From an uncultured Clostridia bacterium (GTDB lineage: Bacteria; Bacillota; Clostridia; Christensenellales; Pumilibacteraceae), in the NCBI GenBank assembly GCA_944372345.1, contig CALVYT010000008.1, forward strand, positions 10,690 to 74,689: DNA of 64,000 nucleotides. Direction: 5' to 3'. How positions within the stretch are numbered: the first letter of the stretch is position 1; each line of letters begins with the position of its first letter. The notes under the pieces are model-generated. The model saw only the letters and a list, made by a program, of their open reading frames with translations. It was not told the origin of the DNA and ran no database searches. Below are positions 19,759-29,119 of the stretch, piece by piece. The position numbers and the translations under genes were made by a program.

Positions 19759-20139
19759 ATGGAGATATACGTCAGACGCGGCGGAGAGCCGCTGCACAGG
19801 CAGATCTACGAGAGCATACGCGGCAAGATCGCGGGGGGCGAGTTGAAAACGGGCGATCCCCTGCCCACGGTGCGCGGGCTGGCGAAGGATCTGCGGATAA
19901 GCATAATAACGACGGCGCGGGCATACCGCGATCTCGAACGGGACGGGTATATCGTCACCGCCGTCGGGAAAGGAAGTTTCGTCGCGGATCTGCCTGGCGA
20001 AGCGCGTCGCGGCGAACTGTTGCGGGACGCGGAAAAGCTGCTGGCGGAAGCCGCGCTCGCCGCCGCGCTCGCGGGAGCTGACGCGGAGGAGTTTGCGAGA
20101 ATGGCGGCGGAAGCGTATGACGCGGGAGGTAAAAAATGA
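19759..20139 (+). CDS. GntR-family (YtrA-like short) transcriptional regulator
   Basis: IYESIRGKIAGGELKTGDPLPTVRGLAKDLRISIITTARAYRDLERDGYI is a GntR winged HTH. 126 aa; the stop overlaps the next start. Confidence 0.88.
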   Translation: MEIYVRRGGEPLHRQIYESIRGKIAGGELKTGDPLPTVRGLAKDLRISIITTARAYRDLERDGYIVTAVGKGSFVADLPGEARRGELLRDAEKLLAEAALAAALAGADAEEFARMAAEAYDAGGKK

Positions 20140-20948
20140 ACGGCGGTATCGAAGTGCGCGGACTGACCGTGAGATACGACAAATTCACGCTCGACGCGAG
20201 TTTCACGGCGCCGCGCGGAGAGGTCACGGGGCTTATCGGAGAAAACGGCGCGGGCAAAAGCACGCTTATGCGCGCGGTCGCGGGGATAACGGGATATGAC
20301 GGAGAGGTACGCATAAACGGGGTCAGCGCGCGGCAGACGACCCGCGCGGAGCGGCAGAAGATCGGCTACGTCGGCAACGAGAGAAATCTGCCCGAAAGCC
20401 TCACCCTCGCCGCCGCGGAAAAAGCGCTGCGCGGGATCTTCCGCGAATGGGACAGGCGCGTGTTCTTCGCGCTCGCGGAAAAGTTCTCACTGCCCGCAGA
20501 CCGCCGTATCGGGGAGTTCTCCGTCGGGATGAAAGCCAAAGCCGCGCTCGCCGCCGCGCTCTCGCACGGGGCGGACACGCTGCTGCTCGACGAACCGACG
20601 AGCGGGCTCGACCCCGCGGCGCGCGACGAAATGCTCGGCGAGATATGGCAGTTCATGCAGGACGAGCGTCATACCGTGCTGATGACCTCCCACATCACGA
20701 GCGACCTGGAAAAGCTCTGCGACCGCATAGTCCTCCTTGGCGGAGGGCGGGTGCTGCTTTCGGGAGAAAAAGACGAACTGCTGTCCCGCTATGCGGTAGT
20801 GCGCGGAGCGGCGCCGGGCGCGCTGCGGGTCATAAAGCGGGAGTACGGCGCGGAGTCGCTCGTTTACGCGCGTGACGCGGGATCGGACGCGGAGCGCGTC
20901 GACCTCGAAACGCTGACCGTGTTCTTTATCAAAGGACGGGAGGAATAA
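20136..20948 (+). CDS. ABC transporter ATP-binding protein
   Basis: GENGAGKST, signature-like FSVGMKAK, LLLDEPTSGLD. Confidence 0.88.
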   Translation: MNGGIEVRGLTVRYDKFTLDASFTAPRGEVTGLIGENGAGKSTLMRAVAGITGYDGEVRINGVSARQTTRAERQKIGYVGNERNLPESLTLAAAEKALRGIFREWDRRVFFALAEKFSLPADRRIGEFSVGMKAKAALAAALSHGADTLLLDEPTSGLDPAARDEMLGEIWQFMQDERHTVLMTSHITSDLEKLCDRIVLLGGGRVLLSGEKDELLSRYAVVRGAAPGALRVIKREYGAESLVYARDAGSDAERVDLETLTVFFIKGREE

Positions 20949-20950
20949 AA

Positions 20951-21547
20951 GTGAAAGGACTGCTGATCAAAGATCTTTACACGCTGAAAAGATACGCGCT
21001 CTACTACGCGATTTACTGCGCGGCGTTCACGCTGCTCGCGGTCTTTCTCGACAATCCCGCGTTCGTGACGGGTCTGGCGATGCTGCTGCCGCTGTCCGCG
21101 ACCGCCGCCGTCGTCACCTGCGACCGCAAGGACGACTGGACGGCATACTCGCTCGCGTGCGGACTGTCGCCCTCCGTCATAGCCGCGGAAAAGTATATCG
21201 TGGCTCTCGCCTTTTCCGCCGTTTCCGTCGCGCTGTGGCCGCTCGCGTACTTTCTGTCCGCTCCGCCCGCAGTCGAACTTTCGGGGCTGGCGATGACCGC
21301 CGCGCTGTCGCTCGCCGTCGTCGCGCTGTCCGTTCCCCTCGCGTACAAGTTCGGCGCGGAGCGCGGCAGACTGCTGCTCGGGATCATCGCGCTCGCGCTG
21401 CTCGCCGCCGCGGTGGCGCTGATGACCGCGTTCGGGGACGGCATAGCCGCCGCGCCCGCATACCTGCTCGCTCTCCCTCCCGCCGGGTGCGCAGCCGCCT
21501 GCGTCGGCTCGTTCTTCGTTACCCGCGCCGTGATACGCAATTTATAG
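20951..21547 (+). CDS. ABC-2-type membrane protein
   Basis: 198 aa, GTG start, six hydrophobic spans, immediately after the ATPase. Confidence 0.7.
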   Translation: MKGLLIKDLYTLKRYALYYAIYCAAFTLLAVFLDNPAFVTGLAMLLPLSATAAVVTCDRKDDWTAYSLACGLSPSVIAAEKYIVALAFSAVSVALWPLAYFLSAPPAVELSGLAMTAALSLAVVALSVPLAYKFGAERGRLLLGIIALALLAAAVALMTAFGDGIAAAPAYLLALPPAGCAAACVGSFFVTRAVIRNL

Positions 21548-21596
21548 CAATTTACCGTAACTTAACGCTCAGGGAAGCCGAATATCGGCTAATTCC

Positions 21597-21625
21597 TTGA
21601 CAGACCCGCCAACCGATGATATAAT
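21597..21625 (+). promoter_or_regulatory. consensus sigma-A promoter of PFOR
   Basis: TTGACA (21597-21602), 17 nt, TATAAT (21620-21625). The roughly 120-nt leader carries the 10-bp hairpin CCGATACGCG/CGCGTATCGG. Confidence 0.65.
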
Positions 21626-21748
21626 ATTCAATGGTAATCGTTACCGTATCGTGCCGCGCAGTGCCGATACGCGGGTTTTCGCGCGTATCGGAGCAGGACG
21701 AACGGCGCGAGATCACGACAAACATTATAAACGGAGGAATAATTCCAG

Positions 21749-24700
21749 ATGAAGAAAATGACTATCGACGGAAATACCGCCGCGTCGCACGTCGCGTATG
21801 CGTTTTCCGAAGTAGCCGCCATCTATCCCATCACGCCCTCCTCGCCTATGGCGGAGGTCGCGGACGAGTGGTCGGCGAAGGGTAGGCTCAACATGTTCGG
21901 GCAGCCGCTCCGCATTGCGGAAATGGAGTCCGAAGGCGGCGCTGCGGGCGCCGTTCACGGATCGCTCTCCGCAGGCGCTCTGACCACGACTTACACCGCG
22001 TCGCAGGGTCTGCTCCTGATGATCCCCAATATGTATAAGATCGCGGGCGAACTGCTCCCCTGCGTGTTCCACGTTTCGGCACGCGCGCTGGCGGCGTCCT
22101 CCCTCAATATATTCGGAGACCATGCGGACGTTATGGCATGCCGTCAGACGGGATTTGCGATGCTCTGCTCGGGCAGCGTTCAGGAAGTTATGGACCTCGC
22201 GCTCGTCGCTCACCTCTCCACGCTCAAAAGCAAGGTGCCGTTCCTGCACTTCTTCGACGGCTTCCGCACGAGCCACGAGGTCAGCAAGATAGACGTCATA
22301 GACTACGACGAAATGAAGTCGCTCGTCTGCGAGGACGAGATCCGCGACTTCAAGAGCCGCGCGCTCAATCCCGAGCACCCCATTCAGAAGGGCACGGCGC
22401 AGAACCCCGATATCTACTTCCAGACGCGCGAAGCGGTGAATAAGTATTACGACGCCGTTCCCGCGATAGTCAAAGAGAAAATGGAAGCCGTGAGCAAGCT
22501 CACCGGCAGAAAATACGAACTCTATCAGTACTACGGCGCGCCCGACGCGGACCGCGTCATCGTGCTTATGGGCAGCGGCGCGGAGACCGTGCAGGAGACA
22601 ATCGACTACCTCGCGGCGAAGGGCGAAAAGGTCGGCGCGATCAAGGTCCGCCTGTTCCGTCCGTTCTCCGTCAAGGATTTCGTATCCGCGATCCCCGCAA
22701 GCTGCAAGAAGATCGCCGTGCTCGACCGCACGAAAGAGCCGGGCGCTCTCGGCGAGCCGCTGTATCTCGACGTGTGCGCCGCGCTTGCCGAAGAAAAGGT
22801 GCGCGGAGTCAAAGTCGTCGGCGGACGCTACGGCATGGGCAGCAAGGAATTCACGCCGTCCATGGTCAACGCGATCTATAAAGAGCTCAAAAAGACCAAT
22901 CCCAAGAACCACTTCACGATCGGTATAGACGACGACGTGACCAAGACGTCCCTGCCCTATCCCGAATTCGTCAACGCTTCCCCGTCCGGCACGGTGCGCT
23001 GCAAGTTCTACGGCTTCGGCGGCGACGGCACGGTAGGCGCGAACAAGAACAGCATCAAGATCATCGGCGATCATACCGACAAGTACGCGCAGGGCTACTT
23101 CGAGTACGACTCGAAAAAGTCGGGCGGCTTCACGCTCTCCCACCTGCGTTTCGGCGATCAGCCCATACATTCCGAATACCTCATCGACGAGGCGGATTTC
23201 GTGGCGTGCCACAAGCCCGCGTATGTGACGATGTACGATATGCTCTCCTCGCTCAAAGAAGGCGGCACGTTCCTGCTCAACTGCAAATGGACGGACGCGG
23301 AACTGGAAAAGGAACTTCCCGTTTCGATGAAGCGCGCTCTCGCGAAGAAGCATATCAAAATGTACGCGATCGACGCTCTCGCCACCGCGCAGAAAGCGGG
23401 CAGCCCCAAGAGCCAGAATATGGTTCTGCAGGCGGCGTTCTTCAAGATCGCGAACATCATCCCCTACGAGCAGGCGGAAGTGTATATGAAAGCCGCCGTC
23501 GAAAAGACTTACGGCAAGAAAGGTCCCGAGGTCGTCAAAGCCAACTGCGACGCGATCGATATGGCGATAAGCGAGCTCCGCGAAGTGGAGATCCCCGAAT
23601 GGTGGGCTACCACCAAAGTGGGCGCGAAAGCGGAAATTCCCGCAGACGCGAAAGCGGACAAGTATTACACCGAATTCATCAGCGTCTGCAACGCACAGGA
23701 AGGCAATAAACTGCCCGTTTCCAAAGTCAGCGCGGACGGCTCCGTTCCCACCGGAACGACCAAATATGAAAAGCGCGGCGCCGCGCCCGTCGTACCCGTC
23801 TGGGACGTCACGAAGTGCATACAGTGCAACCAGTGCTCCTACGTCTGCCCTCACGCAGCCATCCGCCCCGTGCTGATGACGGAGGAAGAGGCGGCGAAAG
23901 CACCCAAAGCGTTCGTTTCCAAACCCGCAAACGGCTTCCCCGGAATGAAATTCAGAATGCAAGTTTCCCCGCTCGACTGCACGGGCTGCTCGTCCTGCGC
24001 GAACGTCTGCCCCGCTCCCGGCAAGGCGCTGAAGATGACGGACATCGAAGTCGCCACCAAAGCGGAAAAGGCGAACTGGGAATACTCGCAGACGGTGCCC
24101 GTCAAGAACGTCGCTCCCACCAACCCGAAGAACAGCCAGTTCAGTAAGCCGCTGTTCGAGTTCTCGGGCGCGTGCGCGGGCTGCGGCGAAACGCCGTACG
24201 TCAAGCTCGTCACGCAGCTGTTCGGCGACCGTATGATCATCGCGAACGCTACGGGTTGCTCGTCCATTTACGGCGGTTCCGCGCCCGTCTGCCCTTACAC
24301 GAAGAACGACAAGGGCGAAGGTCCCGCGTGGGCTAACTCGCTGTTCGAGGATAACGCGCAGTTCGGCTACGGAATGTTCCTCGCTTACAAGGCGCGCCGC
24401 GAAAAGCTCGCCGCGGATATGCACAGAGCCATCGAACTGGGCGCGAACGACACGCTGAAAACCGCGTTCGAGGAATGGGGCGCGAATATGAAAAACGTCG
24501 AGATCACCCGCAAGTGCGCGGATACGATCAAGGCGGCTCTGCCCGAAGCCATCAAAGCGGCGAGCGGAGAGCTTAAATCGGTGCTCGAAACGATATACGC
24601 CGACAGCGACTGCATCGTCAAGAAATCCTTCTGGATCATCGGCGGCGACGGCTGGGCATACGATATCGGTTACGGCGGACTCGACCACGTGCTCGCGCAG

Positions 24701-25279
24701 GACGAGGATGTCAACGTGCTCGTGCTCGACACCGAGGTGTACTCCAACACGGGCGGTCAGGCGTCCAAGGCGTCCCCTACCGGCTCCGTCGCGAAGTTCG
24801 CCGCAGCCGGCAAGCGCACGAAGAAAAAGGATCTCGGCATGATGGCTATGAGCTACGGTTATGTGTACGTCGCGCAGTGCGCGATGGGCGCGAGCCAGCC
24901 TCAGCTGCTCAAAGCGCTGACCGAAGCCGAGAAGTACGACGGACCTTCCCTCGTCATCTGCTACTCTACCTGCATCAACCACGGCATTCGTATGGATATG
25001 GGTCAGACGGAGCAGAAGAAGGCGGTCGAAGCCGGATACTGGCAGCTCTACCGCTATAACCCCGACAGCGGATTCACCCTCGACTCCAAAGAGCCCACGG
25101 CGTCCTATCAGGACTTCCTTATGGGCGAAACGAGATATAAGTCGCTCAAAGCGTCCAAACCCGAAGTCGCGGGCGTCCTGTTCGAGAAAGCGGAGAAAGA
25201 CGCGAAGGCACGTCTGGAATCCTATAAGATCAAGGCGGAAGAGACCAAGGAAGCCAAAGCCGCCGAAGAGAGCAAATAA
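21749..25279 (+). CDS. nifJ: pyruvate:ferredoxin (flavodoxin) oxidoreductase, single-chain
   Basis: 1176 aa. MTIDGNTAASHVAYAFSEVAAIYPITPSSPMAE, two 4Fe-4S motifs (CIQCNQCSYVCPH, CTGCSSCANVCP), and the TPP motif GGDGWAYDIG. Confidence 0.97.
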   Translation: MKKMTIDGNTAASHVAYAFSEVAAIYPITPSSPMAEVADEWSAKGRLNMFGQPLRIAEMESEGGAAGAVHGSLSAGALTTTYTASQGLLLMIPNMYKIAGELLPCVFHVSARALAASSLNIFGDHADVMACRQTGFAMLCSGSVQEVMDLALVAHLSTLKSKVPFLHFFDGFRTSHEVSKIDVIDYDEMKSLVCEDEIRDFKSRALNPEHPIQKGTAQNPDIYFQTREAVNKYYDAVPAIVKEKMEAVSKLTGRKYELYQYYGAPDADRVIVLMGSGAETVQETIDYLAAKGEKVGAIKVRLFRPFSVKDFVSAIPASCKKIAVLDRTKEPGALGEPLYLDVCAALAEEKVRGVKVVGGRYGMGSKEFTPSMVNAIYKELKKTNPKNHFTIGIDDDVTKTSLPYPEFVNASPSGTVRCKFYGFGGDGTVGANKNSIKIIGDHTDKYAQGYFEYDSKKSGGFTLSHLRFGDQPIHSEYLIDEADFVACHKPAYVTMYDMLSSLKEGGTFLLNCKWTDAELEKELPVSMKRALAKKHIKMYAIDALATAQKAGSPKSQNMVLQAAFFKIANIIPYEQAEVYMKAAVEKTYGKKGPEVVKANCDAIDMAISELREVEIPEWWATTKVGAKAEIPADAKADKYYTEFISVCNAQEGNKLPVSKVSADGSVPTGTTKYEKRGAAPVVPVWDVTKCIQCNQCSYVCPHAAIRPVLMTEEEAAKAPKAFVSKPANGFPGMKFRMQVSPLDCTGCSSCANVCPAPGKALKMTDIEVATKAEKANWEYSQTVPVKNVAPTNPKNSQFSKPLFEFSGACAGCGETPYVKLVTQLFGDRMIIANATGCSSIYGGSAPVCPYTKNDKGEGPAWANSLFEDNAQFGYGMFLAYKARREKLAADMHRAIELGANDTLKTAFEEWGANMKNVEITRKCADTIKAALPEAIKAASGELKSVLETIYADSDCIVKKSFWIIGGDGWAYDIGYGGLDHVLAQDEDVNVLVLDTEVYSNTGGQASKASPTGSVAKFAAAGKRTKKKDLGMMAMSYGYVYVAQCAMGASQPQLLKALTEAEKYDGPSLVICYSTCINHGIRMDMGQTEQKKAVEAGYWQLYRYNPDSGFTLDSKEPTASYQDFLMGETRYKSLKASKPEVAGVLFEKAEKDAKARLESYKIKAEETKEAKAAEESK

Positions 25280-25323
25280 TATAACGCTCATAAACGAAAA
25301 GTAAGCGCGTCACGCGCGAACGA

Positions 25324-25361
25324 ATCCCCGCTCCCGGGTCATCCGGGAGCGGGGATTTTTC
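25324..25361 (+). terminator. intrinsic terminator of PFOR
   Basis: ATCCCCGCTCCCGG-GTCAT-CCGGGAGCGGGGAT followed by TTTTT. Confidence 0.85.
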
Positions 25362-25373
25362 ATATTCGGCTTC

Positions 25374-26095
25374 CCTGCGGTCCTGGCGGACGGCGAAATG
25401 ACAAAACCGGTGATTGAACAGGCTTTGCCTGTACCGCAGACGCTCACTTCGCCCCACCGCAAGGCGGTCCTGGCGGACGGTGAAATAACGAAACCGGCGA
25501 TTAAACAGGCTTTGCCTGTACCGCAGACGCTCACTTCGCCCCGCCGCCAGGCGGGTCCTTGCGGACGGCGGGGTGAACAGACTGACGATGAAACAAGCAT
25601 TGTCCGTACCGCAAAAACTCACACTTCGCCCCACCGCAAGGTGGCCCCGCCGCCAGGCGGGTCCTGGCGGAGTCCTTGCGGACGGCAAATGACAGACTGA
25701 CGATGAAACAAGCATTGTCCGTACCGCAAAAGGCTCACACTTCGCCCCGCTGCCAGGCGGTCCTGGCGGACGGCAAATGACAGACTGACGATGAAACAAG
25801 CATTGTCCGTACCGCAAAAACTCACACTTCGCCCCACCGCAAGGGTCCTTGCGGACGGCGGGGTGAACGGACTGACGATTGAACAAGCCTTGTCCGTACC
25901 GCAAAAGCTTACACTTCGCTCCGCCGCCAGGCGGCCCCGCCGCCAGACGGTCCTTGCGGACGGCGGGGTGAACGGACTGACGATGAAACAAGCCTTGTCC
26001 GTACCGCAAAAACTCACACTTCGCTCCGCCGCCAGGCGGCCCCACCGCAAGGTGGCTCCGCCGCCAGGCGGTCCCGACGGAGAGCAGTCCTGACA
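25374..26095. repeat. tandem array of 7 units of 85-121 bp, non-coding, hairpin-rich
   Basis: Units start near 25381, 25468, 25556, 25673, 25761, 25846 and 25951. See the finding for details. Confidence 0.9.
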
Positions 26096-26168
26096 AACGG
26101 TAAATGAAATGCAAGCGCCGTAACAAAAGCGCGCGGCAGGCGCGCTGACGGCTTATGTGAAATTTTCT

Positions 26169-26229
26169 ATCACATTCTTTCACAATGTGATAATATACGG
26201 TTGACTTGCGGCGGAGGATATGATATAAT
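26169..26229 (+). promoter_or_regulatory. promoter of the MarR-DegV operon with an upstream palindrome
   Basis: ATCACATT-N7-AATGTGAT (26169-26191), then TTGACT (26201-26206), 17 nt, TATAAT (26224-26229). Confidence 0.55.
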
Positions 26230-26355
26230 GCCGATAGTTAAAAATTTTTAGATAAAAAGTTTTAATGTTTCTGCGCGACGCTCTGCGTCTGCCGGAGGTA
26301 AACACAAGCCGCGCGGGCGAAAACGGGCAAAGAGATACGAACGGAGGATGACTGA

Positions 26356-26862
26356 ATGGATAAGGAGAGCACGGAAAGAAGCATAGAGCGGGATTTTGAA
26401 GTGATATACAACGAGTTCCGTCTGCGGCTGTACAAGCACATTTTCGGGATCATCGGCGAAAAAGCGGGCTCGCTGTCGGCAACGGAGTATTTCAGCGCGG
26501 AGGTCGTGTATCTGCTCGGCAATCCGACGGTGACGGAATTCGCGGAATATCTGAACATCTCCTCCCCCAATGCGGCGTACAAGGTGCGTTCGCTCGTCGA
26601 GAAAGGCTATCTCGAAAAAACGCAGACGGATGACAAACGCAGCTACCGCCTGACCGTGACGGAGAAATTCGCGAGGTATTACCATAAAGAGGACAGTTAC
26701 GGTCGTTATATCACGCGTATGCTCGAACAGCGGCTGACGGACGAGGAACTCGAATACGTCGGCAAAATATTCAGACGTTATATCGAACAGATAAACATAG
26801 AAAAAGCCAAGGAAAAAGCGACCGGGACAGAAACGACCGGACTTGAAGAAAAAGAAAAGTAA
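26356..26862 (+). CDS. MarR-family transcriptional regulator
   Basis: LSATEYFSAEVVYLLGNPTVTEFAEYLNISSPNAAYKVRSLVEKGYLEKTQTDDKRSYRLTVT is a MarR winged HTH. Confidence 0.8.
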   Translation: MDKESTERSIERDFEVIYNEFRLRLYKHIFGIIGEKAGSLSATEYFSAEVVYLLGNPTVTEFAEYLNISSPNAAYKVRSLVEKGYLEKTQTDDKRSYRLTVTEKFARYYHKEDSYGRYITRMLEQRLTDEELEYVGKIFRRYIEQINIEKAKEKATGTETTGLEEKEK

Positions 26863-26876
26863 CAGGAGTAAAGGCA

Positions 26877-27713
26877 ATGATCAGAATAATCACGGACTCG
26901 TCCGCCAACCTTTCGGCGGAAGAAGCAAAGAGAATGAATATCACGGTACTGCCCTTCCCCGTCATATTCGGGAGCAGGACGTACCTCGACGGCAAGGATC
27001 TGTCCACGGCGGAGTTTTACGAAAAACTCGCGACCGATCCCGACCACCCGCATACGTCGCAGATCAACGTGACGGAATTCGAGGAACTGTTCTCATCGCT
27101 CGGCAAGGACGAGGAAACGCTCGTCATACTGCTCTCGTCCGCGCTGTCGGGAACGGTGGACAGCGCGCGCAAAGCCAAGGAGAACCTCGGCTGCGATAAC
27201 GTACATATTTACGACTCTCTCGGCGCGACGATAATGATAAAGATCCTCGTTTACGCAGCATACGAAAACCGCGACAAGAGCGCGGCGGAAGTATCGGCGC
27301 TGCTCGACGACATACGCTCGCGCATGGAACTGTACGCGATCGTGGATACTCTCGATTATCTGCAAAAGGGCGGTCGACTCAAAAAGAGCGTTGCGGCCAT
27401 AGGCAAAATATTCCGCATCAAGCCCATAGTAACCGTTTCCCGCGAAGGTACGGTCGAATTGTGCGACAAGGCGATAGGCACCGCTCTCGCGCTTAAAAAA
27501 GTCGCAAAACGCGTCGCCGCCTCCCCCGCAGATCCCGATTATCCGATAATTTATCTGTATTCGGCGGAAAATTCGCTCTGCCGCCGCCTGACGGAAGCGA
27601 TTACGCCCGACAATGCCGAAGAAGCGCTTGCCGAAGCGGTAAACCTCTGCCCCGTCATCGGCGTGCATATAGGTCCGGGCGCCGCCGGCGTCTGCTTTAT
27701 CAGAAAGAAATAA
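26877..27713 (+). CDS. DegV-family fatty-acid-binding protein
   Basis: MIRIITDSSANLS...ILLSSALSGT...DTLDYLQKGGR are DegV hallmarks. Confidence 0.9.
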   Translation: MIRIITDSSANLSAEEAKRMNITVLPFPVIFGSRTYLDGKDLSTAEFYEKLATDPDHPHTSQINVTEFEELFSSLGKDEETLVILLSSALSGTVDSARKAKENLGCDNVHIYDSLGATIMIKILVYAAYENRDKSAAEVSALLDDIRSRMELYAIVDTLDYLQKGGRLKKSVAAIGKIFRIKPIVTVSREGTVELCDKAIGTALALKKVAKRVAASPADPDYPIIYLYSAENSLCRRLTEAITPDNAEEALAEAVNLCPVIGVHIGPGAAGVCFIRKK

Positions 27714-27725
27714 AGCGTTATGCGA

Positions 27726-27773
27726 AAAGCAAAAGACTTATCCGAAGTCGTTCGGATAAGTCTTTTGCTTTTT
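27726..27773. terminator. bidirectional terminator (21-bp stem)
   Basis: AAAGCAAAAGACTTATCCGAA-GTCG-TTCGGATAAGTCTTTTGCTTT. Confidence 0.85.
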
Positions 27774-27834
27774 AAGCCGATCGATCATCGCGCGGCGCGA
27801 CCGAATGCGGGCGAGGGCGCGCGGCGACCCTATC

Positions 27835-28725
27835 TCAATAGGATATTCGGAAACGGTCGAGGACTCGTTTGAATTTATCCTGCGCGGCGAGGCAGGTATC
27901 GCGCAGATACCCTCGCTCGTTTTCCCATTCGTGCAGACCGCGGTAATAGAACATTTTCAGATCCTCGCCGATAATGAACGGCACGATGCCGCACCTTAAA
28001 CACTCTTTGAATAATATCAGCCGTCCGACGCGCCCGTTCCCGTCCTGAAACGGGTGTATACGCTCGAAACGGTAATGAAAATCGAGAAGGTCGTCCAAAG
28101 TCTTGTCCTTGCCAGAGCCGTATGCCGCGAGCAGCCGTTTCATCTCGCCCGCTACCTCTTCCGGCTGCGCCGTTTCCCTGCCGCCGACCGTATTGGGCAG
28201 CCTCTTATATTCCCCCACGGCGAACCACTCGGCGCGCGAGTCCGTCGTGCCGTTTTTCAGCGTACCGTGAAGCCGCCCGATGAACGCTTCGGAAAGCGGC
28301 TTGCCCGCCTCGTCGACCGCCATATCGATACAGCGGAAATGGTTAGCCGTTTCCACGACATCGTCCACTCTGACGGCTCCGCTCCCGACGCCTATCGTAT
28401 TCGTTTCAAAAATATAACGCGTCTGTTCGTGCGTCAGGCGGCTCCCCTCGATATGGTTGGAGTTATAGGTCAGTTCGATCTGCACATAATGATATATCCC
28501 GCCCGAAAGCCCGCACGCCTTTTCCCTTTTCAATATCTCGGGCAGCGTCGCGGGAACGTCGGTCTTTGCGCCGATACGCGCGGGTCTTTCCGCATCCTCG
28601 GGGATATTCCACGTCTTTCCCGTCAGAAAAGCGCCGTCCACCCTCCCCGACGCGCAGTAATTTCTCACGCTGCGCTCAGAAAGCCCCCACTTTTTCGCCG
28701 TTTCCGCAACAGACAGATATTTCAT
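27835..28725 (-). CDS. Fic-family protein (class II, auto-inhibited) with an N-terminal HTH
   Basis: Fic motif HPFQDGNGRVGR, inhibitory-helix motif SNHIEG ([ST]xxxE[GN]), and an N-terminal MKYLSVAETAKKWGLSERSVRNY HTH. The ATG at 28725 follows GGAGGG. Confidence 0.88.
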   Translation of the reverse strand: MKYLSVAETAKKWGLSERSVRNYCASGRVDGAFLTGKTWNIPEDAERPARIGAKTDVPATLPEILKREKACGLSGGIYHYVQIELTYNSNHIEGSRLTHEQTRYIFETNTIGVGSGAVRVDDVVETANHFRCIDMAVDEAGKPLSEAFIGRLHGTLKNGTTDSRAEWFAVGEYKRLPNTVGGRETAQPEEVAGEMKRLLAAYGSGKDKTLDDLLDFHYRFERIHPFQDGNGRVGRLILFKECLRCGIVPFIIGEDLKMFYYRGLHEWENERGYLRDTCLAAQDKFKRVLDRFRISY

Positions 28726-28853
28726 TCCGCTTGCCCTCCGCTTTGAGTATACCTTATTATCGGCAAAAATGCAAGCTAAATGCGGTGACAAAATCGCGAA
28801 TTATTGCCGATAGCGGCAATAAGAACGCATTCGGCGCGAGATCCGCCCGGCAT

Positions 28854-28890
28854 AAAGCGCGCCTGCTCTATTGCAGAGCAGGCGCGCTTT
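28854..28890. terminator. 16-bp perfect hairpin downstream of the valS-MBL operon
   Basis: AAAGCGCGCCTGCTCT-ATTGC-AGAGCAGGCGCGCTTT. Confidence 0.5.
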
Positions 28891-28930
28891 CGTGTTTTCA
28901 AATATCGATATTGTATTTTCCGCCACACGG

Positions 28931-29112
28931 GCATACACAACGCCGAGGCGTGAACGCCCGCTCGGCACACGTTATCCGCGCGGTCATACGCAACGCCGAG
29001 GCGGGAACGCCCGCTCGGTATCCGTTCTCCGCGCGGTCATACGCAACGCCGCACAGCGTTTCGGGTGCGATCCGCCGCACACTTCTCCTCGCTTATCCGT
29101 TCTCCGCGCGTT
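28931..29112. repeat. tandem 53-54 bp repeat, about 2.5 copies
   Basis: CATAC(A/G)CAACGCCGAGGCG(T/G)GAACGCCCGCTCGG...CCGCGCGGT at 28931 and 28985, with a partial copy from 29038. Confidence 0.75.
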
Positions 29113-29119
29113 CGCGCCG

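Noticed and set aside
21725-25291. A very long antisense ORF (1188 aa) opposite PFOR. Similar shadow ORFs lie opposite valS (29736-32414), adhE (41356-43986), glgB (45471-47741), argD/argF (51057-53276), the P-type ATPase (56898-58856 and 57725-59128), the 60.7-63.7 kb operon (61399-63810), purM (1-1188) and glgA (44045-45874).
   Set aside because: Their translations are Arg/Gly/His/Ala-rich low-information sequence with no motifs, while the opposite strand encodes full-length, motif-complete housekeeping proteins. This is the typical lack of stop codons in GC-rich antisense frames.
25374-26095. A CRISPR array.
   Set aside because: The sequences between the short hairpins are themselves conserved from unit to unit, so there are no unique spacers. 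Unit length is 85-121 bp, and there are no cas genes or leader in the window.
25230-26183. A 317-aa reverse-strand ORF (and several 95-143 aa ORFs on both strands) spanning the tandem repeat array.
   Set aside because: Successive repeat units are read in different frames, so the peptide repeats differ between copies. There is no RBS or plausible start context. The ORF also starts inside the PFOR terminator/3' end region.
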